From a virus (Duplodnaviria > Caudoviricetes): a stretch of 64,000 nucleotides of DNA. The stretch is taken from positions 1 through 64,000 of IMG/VR virus record IMGVR_UViG_3300011767_000002; one strand, 5' to 3'. The first letter of the stretch is position 1; each line of letters opens with the position of its first letter. The notes below the pieces were generated by a model that saw nothing but the letters and a program-made list of their open reading frames with translations, was not told the DNA's origin and did not search any database. The translations under genes were made by a program, and so were the position numbers. This document shows positions 17,669-27,793 of this stretch, piece after piece.

Positions 17669-18268
17669 TTAACTACCGGTGTAAAACATGGATGTACCCT
17701 GCGCACAGACACAGAGCGCCATGATCACGTGTTTAGGCACTGTTTCAGCGCCCCCTCCCCCGGAAGCAGATGCACTGTGACTATGGCTACCTGACGATGA
17801 GAACGTAATAGTGCTTCGTCCAAACCCTTGGTCAGACATCATGCCACAGTTCCACAGATAGTCCTGACGAACCGCTTCGTCTACCCAATCGCGGAAACTC
17901 ACGGTATGGTCATGACTGCCGCCCGATCCTGAAGACCCACCGCCATGTCCGTGCCGGCCTACTTCATCGCTAACGGTTTGAAACGGAAGATTACCGACTC
18001 GATCATAGGGACGGATAAAGTCGATGATTTCAGGTACCCTGAAATTTAACCCACTCTTGCCGAACGCATATCCAATCGCATGGAACAACGCCGGGTACTG
18101 ACTTGGGCTGTAATAGTTACCGTTGGCCAGTAAAAAGTGGGCAGGGATGGTGCTCTTGGGATACCAGACTAGATCGCCCGGTTGGACCAGTAGGCTGTCA
18201 GGGGCTTTCGGGTCGAGCAAATGAGCAGTGTACCTCTTGCCGTCTGAACCAATTACTTCACCGGCCAT
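17669..18268 (-). CDS. Short tail-collar domain fibre protein with HxH motifs
   Basis: Start MAGEV with ggaga RBS; FLLANG..YPALFHAIGYAFG..FRVP; HGH, HDH, HSH; ETVPKHVIMALC. Confidence 0.75.
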   Translation of the reverse strand: MAGEVIGSDGKRYTAHLLDPKAPDSLLVQPGDLVWYPKSTIPAHFLLANGNYYSPSQYPALFHAIGYAFGKSGLNFRVPEIIDFIRPYDRVGNLPFQTVSDEVGRHGHGGGSSGSGGSHDHTVSFRDWVDEAVRQDYLWNCGMMSDQGFGRSTITFSSSGSHSHSASASGGGGAETVPKHVIMALCVCAQGTSMFYTGS

Positions 18269-18270
18269 AG

Positions 18271-19806
18271 TTAGATCTCCCACCTGCCAGTAGCAGCATT
18301 CCAGATGCAGGCAATGTCGTCTCGGCGGTTATACAGGACTTCGGCATCGGTACCGTTGATGGTTTCGATGGTGGCATCGCCAGACCAGATGACAGGTTCT
18401 ACCGACGGCAGCTTCCAGAACAACACCATGTCACCGGTCTTAAGCCCTGTTTTGGCCGGTAGTTTCACTCGACAGTTGGCCACGATCACGTAGCTGTTAA
18501 ATATTTCGGCATTAGTGTTGACCGACACGACTTGTTTCTGACCCGAACGACGAATAGCCTCGGTAAGCTCAATCCTGAGATCATTTATCAACTTACGGAT
18601 CGCATTGTGTTCTGCTGTATTGACTGCGCTGTCGTTCTCGAGTCGTGTATTGATGGCCCCTAACAGAACATCTAGTACTTCTTTAAGCCGGAGCGGAGTG
18701 AGGAATCGGTTGTTGGCACTTCCTTCTTTAGCCTCCGCAGTAGAGGCGGTTGGAAAGTTGTCCACAAGACCTAGACCGACTTGTGCTTTGGTGACCGCAT
18801 GGGGGTTTGATTTGTTGGCGATGTGGGCATCGAGCAAGGTACCGGCATGAGTCATGATTGCCTGGTAGGTTCGCTGTGGCGTCATGTACCGGTCGGTTAC
18901 CGTGGCCGATTCGGCTTCAGCTTGCGTGGCAGTCGGATAATTTTCAACCAAACCCAACCCGACTTGTGCTTTGGTGGTCTCATGGGGGTTGTTTTTATTA
19001 GCGTTGTGTTCAGCCACTTCTTCTGTGGCAATGCGCTCGGCCAACAACTGTGACATGGCAGGGGTCATGAACCGATTAAACGCAGTGCCGGCTAACGCTT
19101 CTGAGGGAGAAGCGGTTGGAAAGTCATCAACCAAACCCAACCCGACTTGTGCTTTGGTGACGGCGTGAGGGTTGGTTTGATCCGCCCGGTGGTTGGCCAG
19201 TCGTTCGTCGACCTGGTCAATGGCGTACTGCAGAGTATCGCGTACATAGATGATCTGCGCGCGTAGCTCATCGTGAGATGCTTCATCGCCGACCAAGATA
19301 GCTTGGGCGATCCGTTCCAGTTCCCACACCACGAATTCCCAACCGTAGGTGTCGCCGATGTCATGGATATGGGGGGCAGGGGGATATGACAGCGGTCGTC
19401 CGACGATTGACCCCCATTTAACTGGACGCTCATCAAGGTTTAGCTCATTGATCAATTCAATGAGGGCATCAAGGTTCCATGAATATTCACCACCGACTAC
19501 TTGATAGTCGTAACTCACGCGAATAGGCGCCTGTACCTTTAGCAAGACGACACTTTGAACATCACGGCCGGAACGTAAGGCGGCTTGAGCGTGAGGCTGT
19601 GCCAGTAGATAGTCGTCTACTGGTCTTAGGGTTTCGCCTGTGTCAGCGTTGATTATTTTAAAGGTCTCGGCATAGAAAGAACCTCCTGCCGGGACAAACG
19701 CACGTGCACTGTTGGTCAGTATGTCACGCTCTTCTCCAACAATGGTGTTGGTAGGTGACGTTGCACTCAGATCTAGCGGGTATTGGACGATTTTAGGTAG
19801 GCTCAT
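18271..19806 (-). CDS. Tail fibre-like virion protein with 61-aa NPHxVTKAQVGLG repeats
   Basis: Three repeats at 183-bp spacing; N-terminal domain paralogous to that of 19878-22313. Confidence 0.75.
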   Translation of the reverse strand: MSLPKIVQYPLDLSATSPTNTIVGEERDILTNSARAFVPAGGSFYAETFKIINADTGETLRPVDDYLLAQPHAQAALRSGRDVQSVVLLKVQAPIRVSYDYQVVGGEYSWNLDALIELINELNLDERPVKWGSIVGRPLSYPPAPHIHDIGDTYGWEFVVWELERIAQAILVGDEASHDELRAQIIYVRDTLQYAIDQVDERLANHRADQTNPHAVTKAQVGLGLVDDFPTASPSEALAGTAFNRFMTPAMSQLLAERIATEEVAEHNANKNNPHETTKAQVGLGLVENYPTATQAEAESATVTDRYMTPQRTYQAIMTHAGTLLDAHIANKSNPHAVTKAQVGLGLVDNFPTASTAEAKEGSANNRFLTPLRLKEVLDVLLGAINTRLENDSAVNTAEHNAIRKLINDLRIELTEAIRRSGQKQVVSVNTNAEIFNSYVIVANCRVKLPAKTGLKTGDMVLFWKLPSVEPVIWSGDATIETINGTDAEVLYNRRDDIACIWNAATGRWEI

Positions 19807-19877
19807 GACATCCTCGATAAACTGAAAGAAACAAAAGAAGTCCTGCTGTATCGGTTAGGATACAGCAGGTTTAATCG

Positions 19878-22313
19878 TTATTGGAACAGCGCCAATCCTT
19901 CATCAAAGACAGATGCCATTTCCGCTAAAGTAGCATCTAGTTCTTGATCAACTCTCGCTGAAACCAGTGCAGGGGTCATGAACTTATTGGTTGCCGTACC
20001 TATCAGTGCGTCTGACGGTGATGCAGTACCATAATTGTCCACAAGACCTAGACCGACTTGTGCTTTGGTGACTTGATGTGGGTTGTCCTTCCTGGCTACA
20101 AAGTCCTGCAGAGCCTTTATCTCGGCACTGCCTTCAGTAAATACCCGAGGATAGAACATGCCTGTCGGTTCGGCGGTGGTCAGATCAGCGACGCTCGCTG
20201 GCACCGTGACAGTCGCTGCTGTAAACCGTTTATACGATAGTTCAGTGACAGAAATGTCGTGATGTGCATTATCCAGTTTAACATACAGATGCATGATAGA
20301 TTGGACGTCACTGCCTTCCTGTATATAACCAACGGTGAAGGGGAGTGTGCCGGGAGTCAGTGCCTTAATGACACACCCATCCCAACCAGGAATTTCTCCT
20401 TCGGTCTGACCCAGTGTTGAAGCCGCTCCACCGATTTCAACCAGTGCTGAGAAGCGCTTATCAGCATTGTACTCAGACGAAAACATCCCCACCGAAACGA
20501 TCAAGCTGGTATCTACTGTCGGGTCGGCACTACTGGCATCTACCGTTCCGATTTTTATCCAATGTACCGGGACTTCGATCTGTGTCCCGCCTTCATCAAC
20601 AATGGTTCTGATTGCTGGATAATTGAACTGAAGCGAATTGCCGGTTTCAAGGTCGTCCAATCGTCCAGTCAGTTCTTCCAGCGACCCTCCGACAGTCCCG
20701 GTGACTTCATTCACCAGTGTGGCGTAATCTTTACCACCTAGCAGGTCTGCGTTGGCTGCGGTGCCTGTCAGGATATCCGCCTTGGTTTCGTCGTATGTTT
20801 TACCTGCAAGCATGGATGAATCAGCCACTTGCTGGCTTCTGACCCATGCTTGGAAAGTTGGCTGGTCCATGCCAAACGCTTTGGTTGCGTCGGCAGCGGT
20901 ATCCTCTAGACCAATTTTGTTCGCCAACAGTGCATCAATCCCTGCTTTATCGTAAGTACCTACTTGAGCAGCTGTGACCTTGTGAGGATTTTCGAAATCG
21001 ACCATGTGGGCATTGGACGAACCGCCTACCAAGGCATTGATTGCATAGCGAGTTGCCAGCGGGGTCATGTACTTCTCGTTAGATGTACCTTCTCCTGCTT
21101 CTGCCTGATTAGCAATGCCGTAGTTCTGCACCCATCCCAAACCAACCTGGGCTTTGGTTACCCCATGGGGATTTTCGAAATCGCCCATGTGAGTCAGTAG
21201 GTCGGCACCCACTGTTTCGCCCAAAACCAAGCTCAGTAGTCTAGGAGTAATGATTGAGGCATGATCAAATCCTTCGAGTGCGGCTTCGTCTGTAGCCAAC
21301 CCGATGTTAGGGACATTTCCCAAACCAACTTGTGCTTTGGTGACGGCGTGCGGATTGCCCCGATCCCCAGCATGTGCGGTAAACGCATTGGCCACGATCG
21401 CTTCAATAGCTTCGCGGACCCGTAAGGGGGTCATGTACCGTGCATTCGAAGAACCGGCTTCAGCTTCTGCTTGGCTGGACAATGCGTAGTTCTGAACGTT
21501 CCCCAAACCAACTTGTGCTTTGGTCACCGCGTGAGGATTGTTCGCATCACTCATGTGGTTGTTCAAGGCCAACATGGCAACAGCGTCGATCAATTGTTTC
21601 GTGCGCAACGGGGTCATGTAGCGGTTGTTGACCAACCCACCAGTTGCTTCGGCTGGCGCGGCCACCGGGTAGTTATCCACCAAACCCAGACCGACCTGTT
21701 CCTTGGTCACCTGATGCGGATTGGCAGTGTTTTCCATGTGATCGACCATGCCGCCTTCGTTCTTCTGAACGATGGATTGACCGATCTCTTCCAACATGTC
21801 AACCACGTCACCCATGCCGACAAAATCATCGATGTTAAAATCGTGATTCACCACCGGAAATTGAACAGGTAGCTCAGTGACTTGTTCCCAGGTAGCAATG
21901 CGAGGGTTGTACGCCGTGTTGGCCAATACCTCGGTCATGGCTTGGTCGTCGAGGACCCACTCACCGCCAATGGTCTGGAACTGCATGCGCAGCTGACCTT
22001 CTAAGGCTCGGTCGTAGAAGGTGATGGCGGCGTAGATTGCCTTTCCAATGGTATGTGAGGCTTGGGCAAAATGATAGCCGAAGCTATAATGAACACCTTC
22101 TTCCAGCGGCAGGCCTGCCGCTGGGTTGTTGACGTTGGTGCCTGCAGGGTACAGACGCAGTTTGACGCTGTCCGCATAGAACGGACCGCTGCGCGGAATG
22201 ACGTAATAATGGTCAAGCATGCCACGCGAGCGAATCGCTTGTGTTTCAGAAACCAGGTTGGTCTCTGCGAGCCCCGTCGGATCGAAAGGGTATTGTGGAA
22301 GTACAGTACTCAT
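19878..22313 (-). CDS. Tail fibre-like virion protein with multiple NPHxVTKAQVGLG repeats
   Basis: 811 aa; at least six NPH repeat units plus a central non-repeat domain. Confidence 0.75.
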   Translation of the reverse strand: MSTVLPQYPFDPTGLAETNLVSETQAIRSRGMLDHYYVIPRSGPFYADSVKLRLYPAGTNVNNPAAGLPLEEGVHYSFGYHFAQASHTIGKAIYAAITFYDRALEGQLRMQFQTIGGEWVLDDQAMTEVLANTAYNPRIATWEQVTELPVQFPVVNHDFNIDDFVGMGDVVDMLEEIGQSIVQKNEGGMVDHMENTANPHQVTKEQVGLGLVDNYPVAAPAEATGGLVNNRYMTPLRTKQLIDAVAMLALNNHMSDANNPHAVTKAQVGLGNVQNYALSSQAEAEAGSSNARYMTPLRVREAIEAIVANAFTAHAGDRGNPHAVTKAQVGLGNVPNIGLATDEAALEGFDHASIITPRLLSLVLGETVGADLLTHMGDFENPHGVTKAQVGLGWVQNYGIANQAEAGEGTSNEKYMTPLATRYAINALVGGSSNAHMVDFENPHKVTAAQVGTYDKAGIDALLANKIGLEDTAADATKAFGMDQPTFQAWVRSQQVADSSMLAGKTYDETKADILTGTAANADLLGGKDYATLVNEVTGTVGGSLEELTGRLDDLETGNSLQFNYPAIRTIVDEGGTQIEVPVHWIKIGTVDASSADPTVDTSLIVSVGMFSSEYNADKRFSALVEIGGAASTLGQTEGEIPGWDGCVIKALTPGTLPFTVGYIQEGSDVQSIMHLYVKLDNAHHDISVTELSYKRFTAATVTVPASVADLTTAEPTGMFYPRVFTEGSAEIKALQDFVARKDNPHQVTKAQVGLGLVDNYGTASPSDALIGTATNKFMTPALVSARVDQELDATLAEMASVFDEGLALFQ

Positions 22314-22458
22314 TGTAGCTCTCCGTTGGGATCTCCGCTAGCGCAGCTGCTAGGGTGTAGTAACTGGCCCAAATTCTGAGTCATTTTAGAAAAAACAAAC
22401 TGTGTCTAATACGGAATATCAAACAACTGACATACCATTATCATGGGAGAGTCGATAA

Positions 22459-23715
22459 ATGTACGAATATCAGCGCGCGGTTGTTAAACACCGCTTGCCC
22501 AAGGTCCGCTTCGAAGAAATCGACGCCCGTGCCCTCAGCCTTAAGACGCTTTTACAGCAATACGCCGAAGTCTATCTGGTGTTGCGGCATTCTGCTCTTA
22601 CTGGCGATCACACGTTACGGTTGTCGGACATCACCGTTCAACTGGCCGCGGTGACAGAAGCGATCACTGTCAGCCAATGGTTGGTTAACAACGGCAATAC
22701 CACGCTGCCGGTTATCAAGGGTCAACCGCAAGTCAAGACGCAAGCGGTTATGGCGCGCGATGCATGGCAGGCAGGATTTAAGGTGGACCTGTGTGTCCCA
22801 AGCGGTTCGCCCTTCAATGACGCCACTGATTACGACAAGACCGACATCTGGTTGACCCGCCCGGAAACCAATTACGTTGCCAATCAGCAACACTGTCTGG
22901 CAACGGTCAATGGGCTTGTTCACCGGCTCGATGCTGACAAAGACGGCATCTATATCAAGGACGGCGGGATCACGTTCCGTATGCAGGAGAATGCCACTGT
23001 CGGGTTGATGAGTTTCAGTAATATCGGACGGGTGCATACGGCCAGCATCACTCCTGAGATGGTCCATAACCTCGACCCTAGTAAGCTCTACTCAGAATGC
23101 TTCTACTTGCACTCCCCAATCGACCTGACTAATAAAGTAGTGGGTATGGTCATCGGCGGGTATCTGCATCTGGCAACCAAGGATGTCACAGTCGTCGGCA
23201 CCCACAGCGTCAAAGTGGACATGCGGCGCATCCCGTTTCTGGAACGGTACATGGAATCGCGGTATCAGATTGATCAATCATCCATGGCGCGGTTCCATGA
23301 GGTCAGTGCCACTAACGCGCTCGACTACGACATGCAAGGCTTTTACAGCAACGAATGTATGTTGGAGTTGCTAACGTTGAGCCAGTCGTTCCTGGTGGCC
23401 ATTGAAGTGGATCACCTGATGACCGAGGTGGTTCCAGCGACGCGGACACAGCTACCCGGTCGGTTCTATTTCGATGAACGTCCACTGTGGCCGTTGCGGA
23501 CTCAGCTGGGCCTCCTGCCCTCGTACCTCTCGGAAGATGAGAACGGGGTCTGGGTCGTGCGGATCGATAACAACCTGCGTCAACACCGCTTCATGGATAC
23601 CCGCGATTCTCGCTGGCTACCCAAGGTCGATGAGAAACGCATCTCAGGTCAGCCTGAAACTTACCAACGTGGCGAGTTCCTGAAATGGACCCACAGTACG
23701 GTCACAATTGTCTAA
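22459..23715 (+). CDS. Conserved virion structural protein
   Basis: 418 aa, ggaga RBS, typical phiKZ-family location near the spike genes. Confidence 0.65.
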   Translation: MYEYQRAVVKHRLPKVRFEEIDARALSLKTLLQQYAEVYLVLRHSALTGDHTLRLSDITVQLAAVTEAITVSQWLVNNGNTTLPVIKGQPQVKTQAVMARDAWQAGFKVDLCVPSGSPFNDATDYDKTDIWLTRPETNYVANQQHCLATVNGLVHRLDADKDGIYIKDGGITFRMQENATVGLMSFSNIGRVHTASITPEMVHNLDPSKLYSECFYLHSPIDLTNKVVGMVIGGYLHLATKDVTVVGTHSVKVDMRRIPFLERYMESRYQIDQSSMARFHEVSATNALDYDMQGFYSNECMLELLTLSQSFLVAIEVDHLMTEVVPATRTQLPGRFYFDERPLWPLRTQLGLLPSYLSEDENGVWVVRIDNNLRQHRFMDTRDSRWLPKVDEKRISGQPETYQRGEFLKWTHSTVTIV

Positions 23716-23719
23716 CCAC

Positions 23720-23753
23720 CATAGAGGAGGGGCAATTGCCCCTCCTCACTATG
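23720..23753. terminator. CATA...TATG hairpin between convergent genes
   Basis: cata-gaggaggggc-aatt-gcccctcctc-ac-tatg. Confidence 0.75.
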
Positions 23754-23755
23754 CG

Positions 23756-24019
23756 TTATGGGATATCCATGTCGCTTGAGCCGGTAGCCCCGTGACCGCA
23801 GGACGCTACACTCGATACCCGAGTGACTGGAATGCCCTCGATGGTCATCCACGGCGAGGCAGTCGCGATGACCGGTCCGGAATGAGGTGCTTTACCGTGC
23901 CCGGCGACGGCGTCCCCTAGCAATGAGATCGGACTGCCATTCCAAGTCCAATGGGGTGCACCAGGCCCCACAATGACCCCGCCTGCAGAATCTTTACCCA
24001 CTAACGATACAATGCCCAT
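23756..24019 (-). CDS. PAAR-repeat spike tip protein
   Basis: 87 aa; NGSPISLLGDAVAGHG..H..IEGIPVTRVSSVASCGH Zn-binding PAAR pattern; stop/start overlap with the spike gene. Confidence 0.85.
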   Translation of the reverse strand: MGIVSLVGKDSAGGVIVGPGAPHWTWNGSPISLLGDAVAGHGKAPHSGPVIATASPWMTIEGIPVTRVSSVASCGHGATGSSDMDIP

Positions 24020-24822
24020 CAGCTCATCCCTTTAAAGTTCGGTGTCTTAAGGGTCGTGCCACTGCTCTGCAACGTGAACACGCTACCGCCACCGTTTAAG
24101 GTGATCTTCTTGGCTTTCACGTCGACGTTATTGACAGCCTCCAAGTAGATGTTCTTCGGGGCATAACCGTTGATGTCTTGCCTGTTCAGTTCAAAGAAAG
24201 TCCCCAGCTGGTTCTGAAGCTTGATGTGAACGTTCTTGGAATCGAGAAAGCCATAGTTGCCCAAGTTATCCTGCAACACCACTTTACCGTTGGCCAGATC
24301 AAATTGGAAGTCATAGGTGCAGAACTCACCGTTCTTCTGACTGGTGGACAGGGTGATGGTTTTCTGATGGCTACTGATCTCCAGAAAATACATGTTCTCC
24401 AGATCCAGCCCGTCCTGGTCCATGTTGGGATTGGCTGCAATGCCGATCACCACGGTCTCCAAGCGCCGAAGCTTATCATCCTTACCTAAGCTGGTCCAGA
24501 AGTATTCGTCGTTACTGCCGAACTGCCAGACCTTGACCATCTCGCCCCGCTGGACATCGGGCGGTGTCCGGCGATTGGTGCTGGGTAACCATTTAGCGGT
24601 CAGGTTGGTAGACACAAATGCCGACCCGGCCACGGCTTTACCGTCACTGTTCTGGCCTTCGTATTCTAAGGGGTCCACCCGCTCGACAATTTCACCGTCT
24701 AGAAACGATAGCTTTTCATGTGGGGTAATGATCAATTCATCACTGCCTAATTTCTTGTTCTCCGCTGCGGTTCCGATCATCACGCAACGGAACATGCTGA
24801 CCGTATTGTCAAACATAATCAC
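24019..24822 (-). CDS. Baseplate central spike (phiKZ gp164-like, gp5/gpV-type)
   Basis: PPDVQRGEMVKV OB-fold-like N-terminus then beta-helix-like repeats; adjacent to PAAR. Confidence 0.75.
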   Translation of the reverse strand: MIMFDNTVSMFRCVMIGTAAENKKLGSDELIITPHEKLSFLDGEIVERVDPLEYEGQNSDGKAVAGSAFVSTNLTAKWLPSTNRRTPPDVQRGEMVKVWQFGSNDEYFWTSLGKDDKLRRLETVVIGIAANPNMDQDGLDLENMYFLEISSHQKTITLSTSQKNGEFCTYDFQFDLANGKVVLQDNLGNYGFLDSKNVHIKLQNQLGTFFELNRQDINGYAPKNIYLEAVNNVDVKAKKITLNGGGSVFTLQSSGTTLKTPNFKGMS

Positions 24823-24880
24823 CTCTTGTTAAACGAAACATACGACACCTATCCTACAGAATTAGGGGAAGGGCTTACCC

Positions 24881-27349
24881 ATGTTTATTACCAAACTTGT
24901 TTTACACCGTTGCAGGCGGTTTTACCTTAAGGGTATTGAGACCTTCGAAATCAACCCGACCATGAAAACCCAGATCATCCTGGGCACCAACGGGTCAGGT
25001 AAATCCAGCCTGCTAAAGATCGGGTTCACCGTATTGCCAGCCGATGCCCGTGACTTCCTTAAAGGGGGTTACAAGGTGGTCAATTACCTGCACAATGGCA
25101 AGGTCTACGAGCTGCGCAATGACTTTGCGGGTAAGTCGCCTCTGCACAGTTTTATCTGCGATGGCGAGGAGTACAACGAAGGTCACACGGGCGCTGTCCA
25201 GAAGGAACTGATTCGTGAACACTTCGGCATGACCCAGGAGCTGCATCAGGTCTTGTCCGGTCAACTAAACTTCACCGACATGAATGCCATCCAACGGCGT
25301 GAATGGATCACCTTGCTGTCGTCAGCTGACTTTGATTATGTCATCAAATTGCACGGGCGGATCAAGCGAGCCGTGCGCGATACCTCAGCGGTGATCAAGC
25401 ATCAGTCTGGACGTCTGGTGCAGGAAACCGCCAAGAAGATTGACGATGAGACGTTCAACACTCTGCGTCGGCAGTCACAGGACATCACCAATAAACTGAT
25501 CCGGTTGCACCAGCATTCTAAGCGTGATGGAATTGCCGATAACTTCGACTATTACAGTCGTCAGTATCATGATCTCAGCAGTGATATCGATGGATTGTTG
25601 GCCCGTGCCAAGTATTTACGGGTGGCGATCCCCAAGGCCGTGAAAAGCACGCAGGACGACGCGGTCATCGAACTCAAGGATGGCCTTCGCTCGCGGGCGC
25701 AAATGCTTGAGGCGGCCTTACACGAGGTCTCAGAGCGTCATCAGGAGATCGACAAGCAGCTTCACGACATTTCTGAGCTGGAAGAGATCAATCCTGAGGA
25801 ATTACAGGCCAGACTGGCCGAGTTGACTGAAAAGAAGACCCAACTTCAGGCCCGGTTTAAAACAGGGGCGGAGGTAGACCGTCTGCCGAACCACCAGTAC
25901 TGTTTTGCCGCGATTCAGGAAACCATCGAGACCTTGCATGGTGTTAACCAAGTCGATGCACTGTACTTGGACCGGGCAACGATTCAGGGTAAGCAGCGTG
26001 AACTCAGTGAGCTGCAAGAAAAGCTGATGGCCGGGACCTCTCGAATCGGGGAACTGGAATACCGTCTGGATCACATCCGTAACTGCTCAACCATCCAATG
26101 CCCTAACTGTAACCATCATTTCAAAGAAGGCATTGGTGGGGACGAGGAAGGCACCATCAAGGGCTTGCTGGAGAAAGGTACCCGGTTCAGGCAATCGATG
26201 GAGGAGCGTATCCAGGTGGTGCGCAGCTGGCTGCAGGAAGCTCAAGCGGCAGGCGATGTGGTCCACACCTTAAACCGGCTACGAGACCATAACCCGGACC
26301 TGGTGGAACTGTGGAAACTGCTGCAAGCCAACGGTGGGTTCTCTCGGGGCCGTGAACTGGCACCCCTGTGTACCGACTTCATCAGCGACGTGAAGACCAA
26401 GCTGGCGATCCTGGATGTCGATCAGGAAATGCGTCCGTTGATTGAACGGCTCAATGCCCTCAAGCAGTTAGATCAGTCCAGTGGTCTACGGGATGTGGCC
26501 CATTCGTTGAGTGAGCGGGTGCTGGATTTGAAGATGCACCTGGTCGACACCCGTGAAACCTTGAAAGAGGTGGAGCAGTTCTACGACCGGATCATCGAGG
26601 CCCGTGAGATAGCCCAGACCGTTGAGTACGGCATGCAACGCATGAACGAGCTGATGGACCAGATGGTCAAGTTCGTGGCCGTGGAGGAAATCGAGGCGCA
26701 AGTGCGCAAGCACCAAGTGCAGTTAGGGATGCTCGAGCAATCCTTGGCCGAAGCCGAAGTCCAGATGGGGATCGTCAATGACCTGAACCGTTCGCTGGAA
26801 CAAGCCAAAGCCGAAGAGAAAGCCCTGATCCTCTTGGAGAAGGTCCTCTCGCCACGCGATGGCATCATCGCTGAACAGATCATGGTGTTCATCAACACCT
26901 TCATCACCAGCATCAATGATGTCATTGCCAAGGTCTGGGGATATAACCTCGCACTGGACACCTGCAACTTGGAAGAGGGGGATCTGGATTACAAATTCCC
27001 GATGTATGTCCACACCGCTGAGAACATGATTCCGGACATCCAGTTCGGTTCAGACAGCCAGTTGGATATTGTCAACCAAGCCTTCCGTCTGGTGGTCTAC
27101 AAGTTTCTGAACCTGGAGGGCTTCCCGCTCTACCTGGACGAGCTGGGCCGGACCTTTGATGAAGTCCATCGTCTGAACCTGACCTTGGCCCTGAAAGACC
27201 TGATTGACGATGAGACCTATTCGCAGGTGTTCTTCATCAGCCACTCCTTCGAAAGCCAGAACAGTTACCCCAACAGTCAGATCGCGGTGATCGACGATGC
27301 GCACGTGTCATTAAAACGTGCCTACAACGAGCACGTGACCATTACCTGA
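24881..27349 (+). CDS. sbcC: SbcC/Rad50-like SMC ATPase
   Basis: Walker A GTNGSGKSS, coiled coils, zinc hook CPNC, Walker B LYLDELG, FISH H-loop. Confidence 0.9.
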   Translation: MFITKLVLHRCRRFYLKGIETFEINPTMKTQIILGTNGSGKSSLLKIGFTVLPADARDFLKGGYKVVNYLHNGKVYELRNDFAGKSPLHSFICDGEEYNEGHTGAVQKELIREHFGMTQELHQVLSGQLNFTDMNAIQRREWITLLSSADFDYVIKLHGRIKRAVRDTSAVIKHQSGRLVQETAKKIDDETFNTLRRQSQDITNKLIRLHQHSKRDGIADNFDYYSRQYHDLSSDIDGLLARAKYLRVAIPKAVKSTQDDAVIELKDGLRSRAQMLEAALHEVSERHQEIDKQLHDISELEEINPEELQARLAELTEKKTQLQARFKTGAEVDRLPNHQYCFAAIQETIETLHGVNQVDALYLDRATIQGKQRELSELQEKLMAGTSRIGELEYRLDHIRNCSTIQCPNCNHHFKEGIGGDEEGTIKGLLEKGTRFRQSMEERIQVVRSWLQEAQAAGDVVHTLNRLRDHNPDLVELWKLLQANGGFSRGRELAPLCTDFISDVKTKLAILDVDQEMRPLIERLNALKQLDQSSGLRDVAHSLSERVLDLKMHLVDTRETLKEVEQFYDRIIEAREIAQTVEYGMQRMNELMDQMVKFVAVEEIEAQVRKHQVQLGMLEQSLAEAEVQMGIVNDLNRSLEQAKAEEKALILLEKVLSPRDGIIAEQIMVFINTFITSINDVIAKVWGYNLALDTCNLEEGDLDYKFPMYVHTAENMIPDIQFGSDSQLDIVNQAFRLVVYKFLNLEGFPLYLDELGRTFDEVHRLNLTLALKDLIDDETYSQVFFISHSFESQNSYPNSQIAVIDDAHVSLKRAYNEHVTIT

Positions 27350-27358
27350 GGACATGAC

Positions 27359-27736
27359 ATGAACTTAATTGCCACCACAGCCCGCTTCTACCTAGGTGCC
27401 GCGACCACAGGGACCGGGGTCGGTAAATGGTCGTGGCCTGCGCGTGATCTGCCGCTGCTGTATGAGCTTAGTTATAAGCTAAACTGCGGTTGTTCACTCG
27501 AGCCTGACCTTGACACGTGGAAGAAGTACGGGTTGTTTACCGCCCAGAGTCAGGACGACGGTAAGACGTACATCATGTCGGTCCAGGAACTGGTCGAAAG
27601 CGTTGGTGACACCCAAGTAACGGAAATGCTGCTGCACGGTCAAGCCCGTTACTTATCGGTCAGTAAAGATGAGGTGCTCGATCGATTAGGGTGTCCTCGT
27701 ATCCACGACCTGACTGTCGATCCGGGTAGCCGGTAA
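27359..27736 (+). CDS. Hypothetical protein
   Basis: 125 aa, gagga RBS directly after sbcC. Confidence 0.6.
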   Translation: MNLIATTARFYLGAATTGTGVGKWSWPARDLPLLYELSYKLNCGCSLEPDLDTWKKYGLFTAQSQDDGKTYIMSVQELVESVGDTQVTEMLLHGQARYLSVSKDEVLDRLGCPRIHDLTVDPGSR

Positions 27737-27749
27737 CCGCACGAAACCG

Positions 27750-27783
27750 CATAACAGGGAGGGGCAACTGCCCCTCCTCTATG
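27750..27783. terminator. CATA...TATG hairpin between convergent genes
   Basis: cata-acagggaggggc-aact-gcccctcctc-tatg. Confidence 0.75.
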
Positions 27784-27793
27784 TCGGCTTGCT

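Noticed and set aside
18758-21540. CRISPR-like periodic repeats
   Set aside because: The repeats are in-frame protein repeats (NPHxVTKAQVGLG) inside fibre genes
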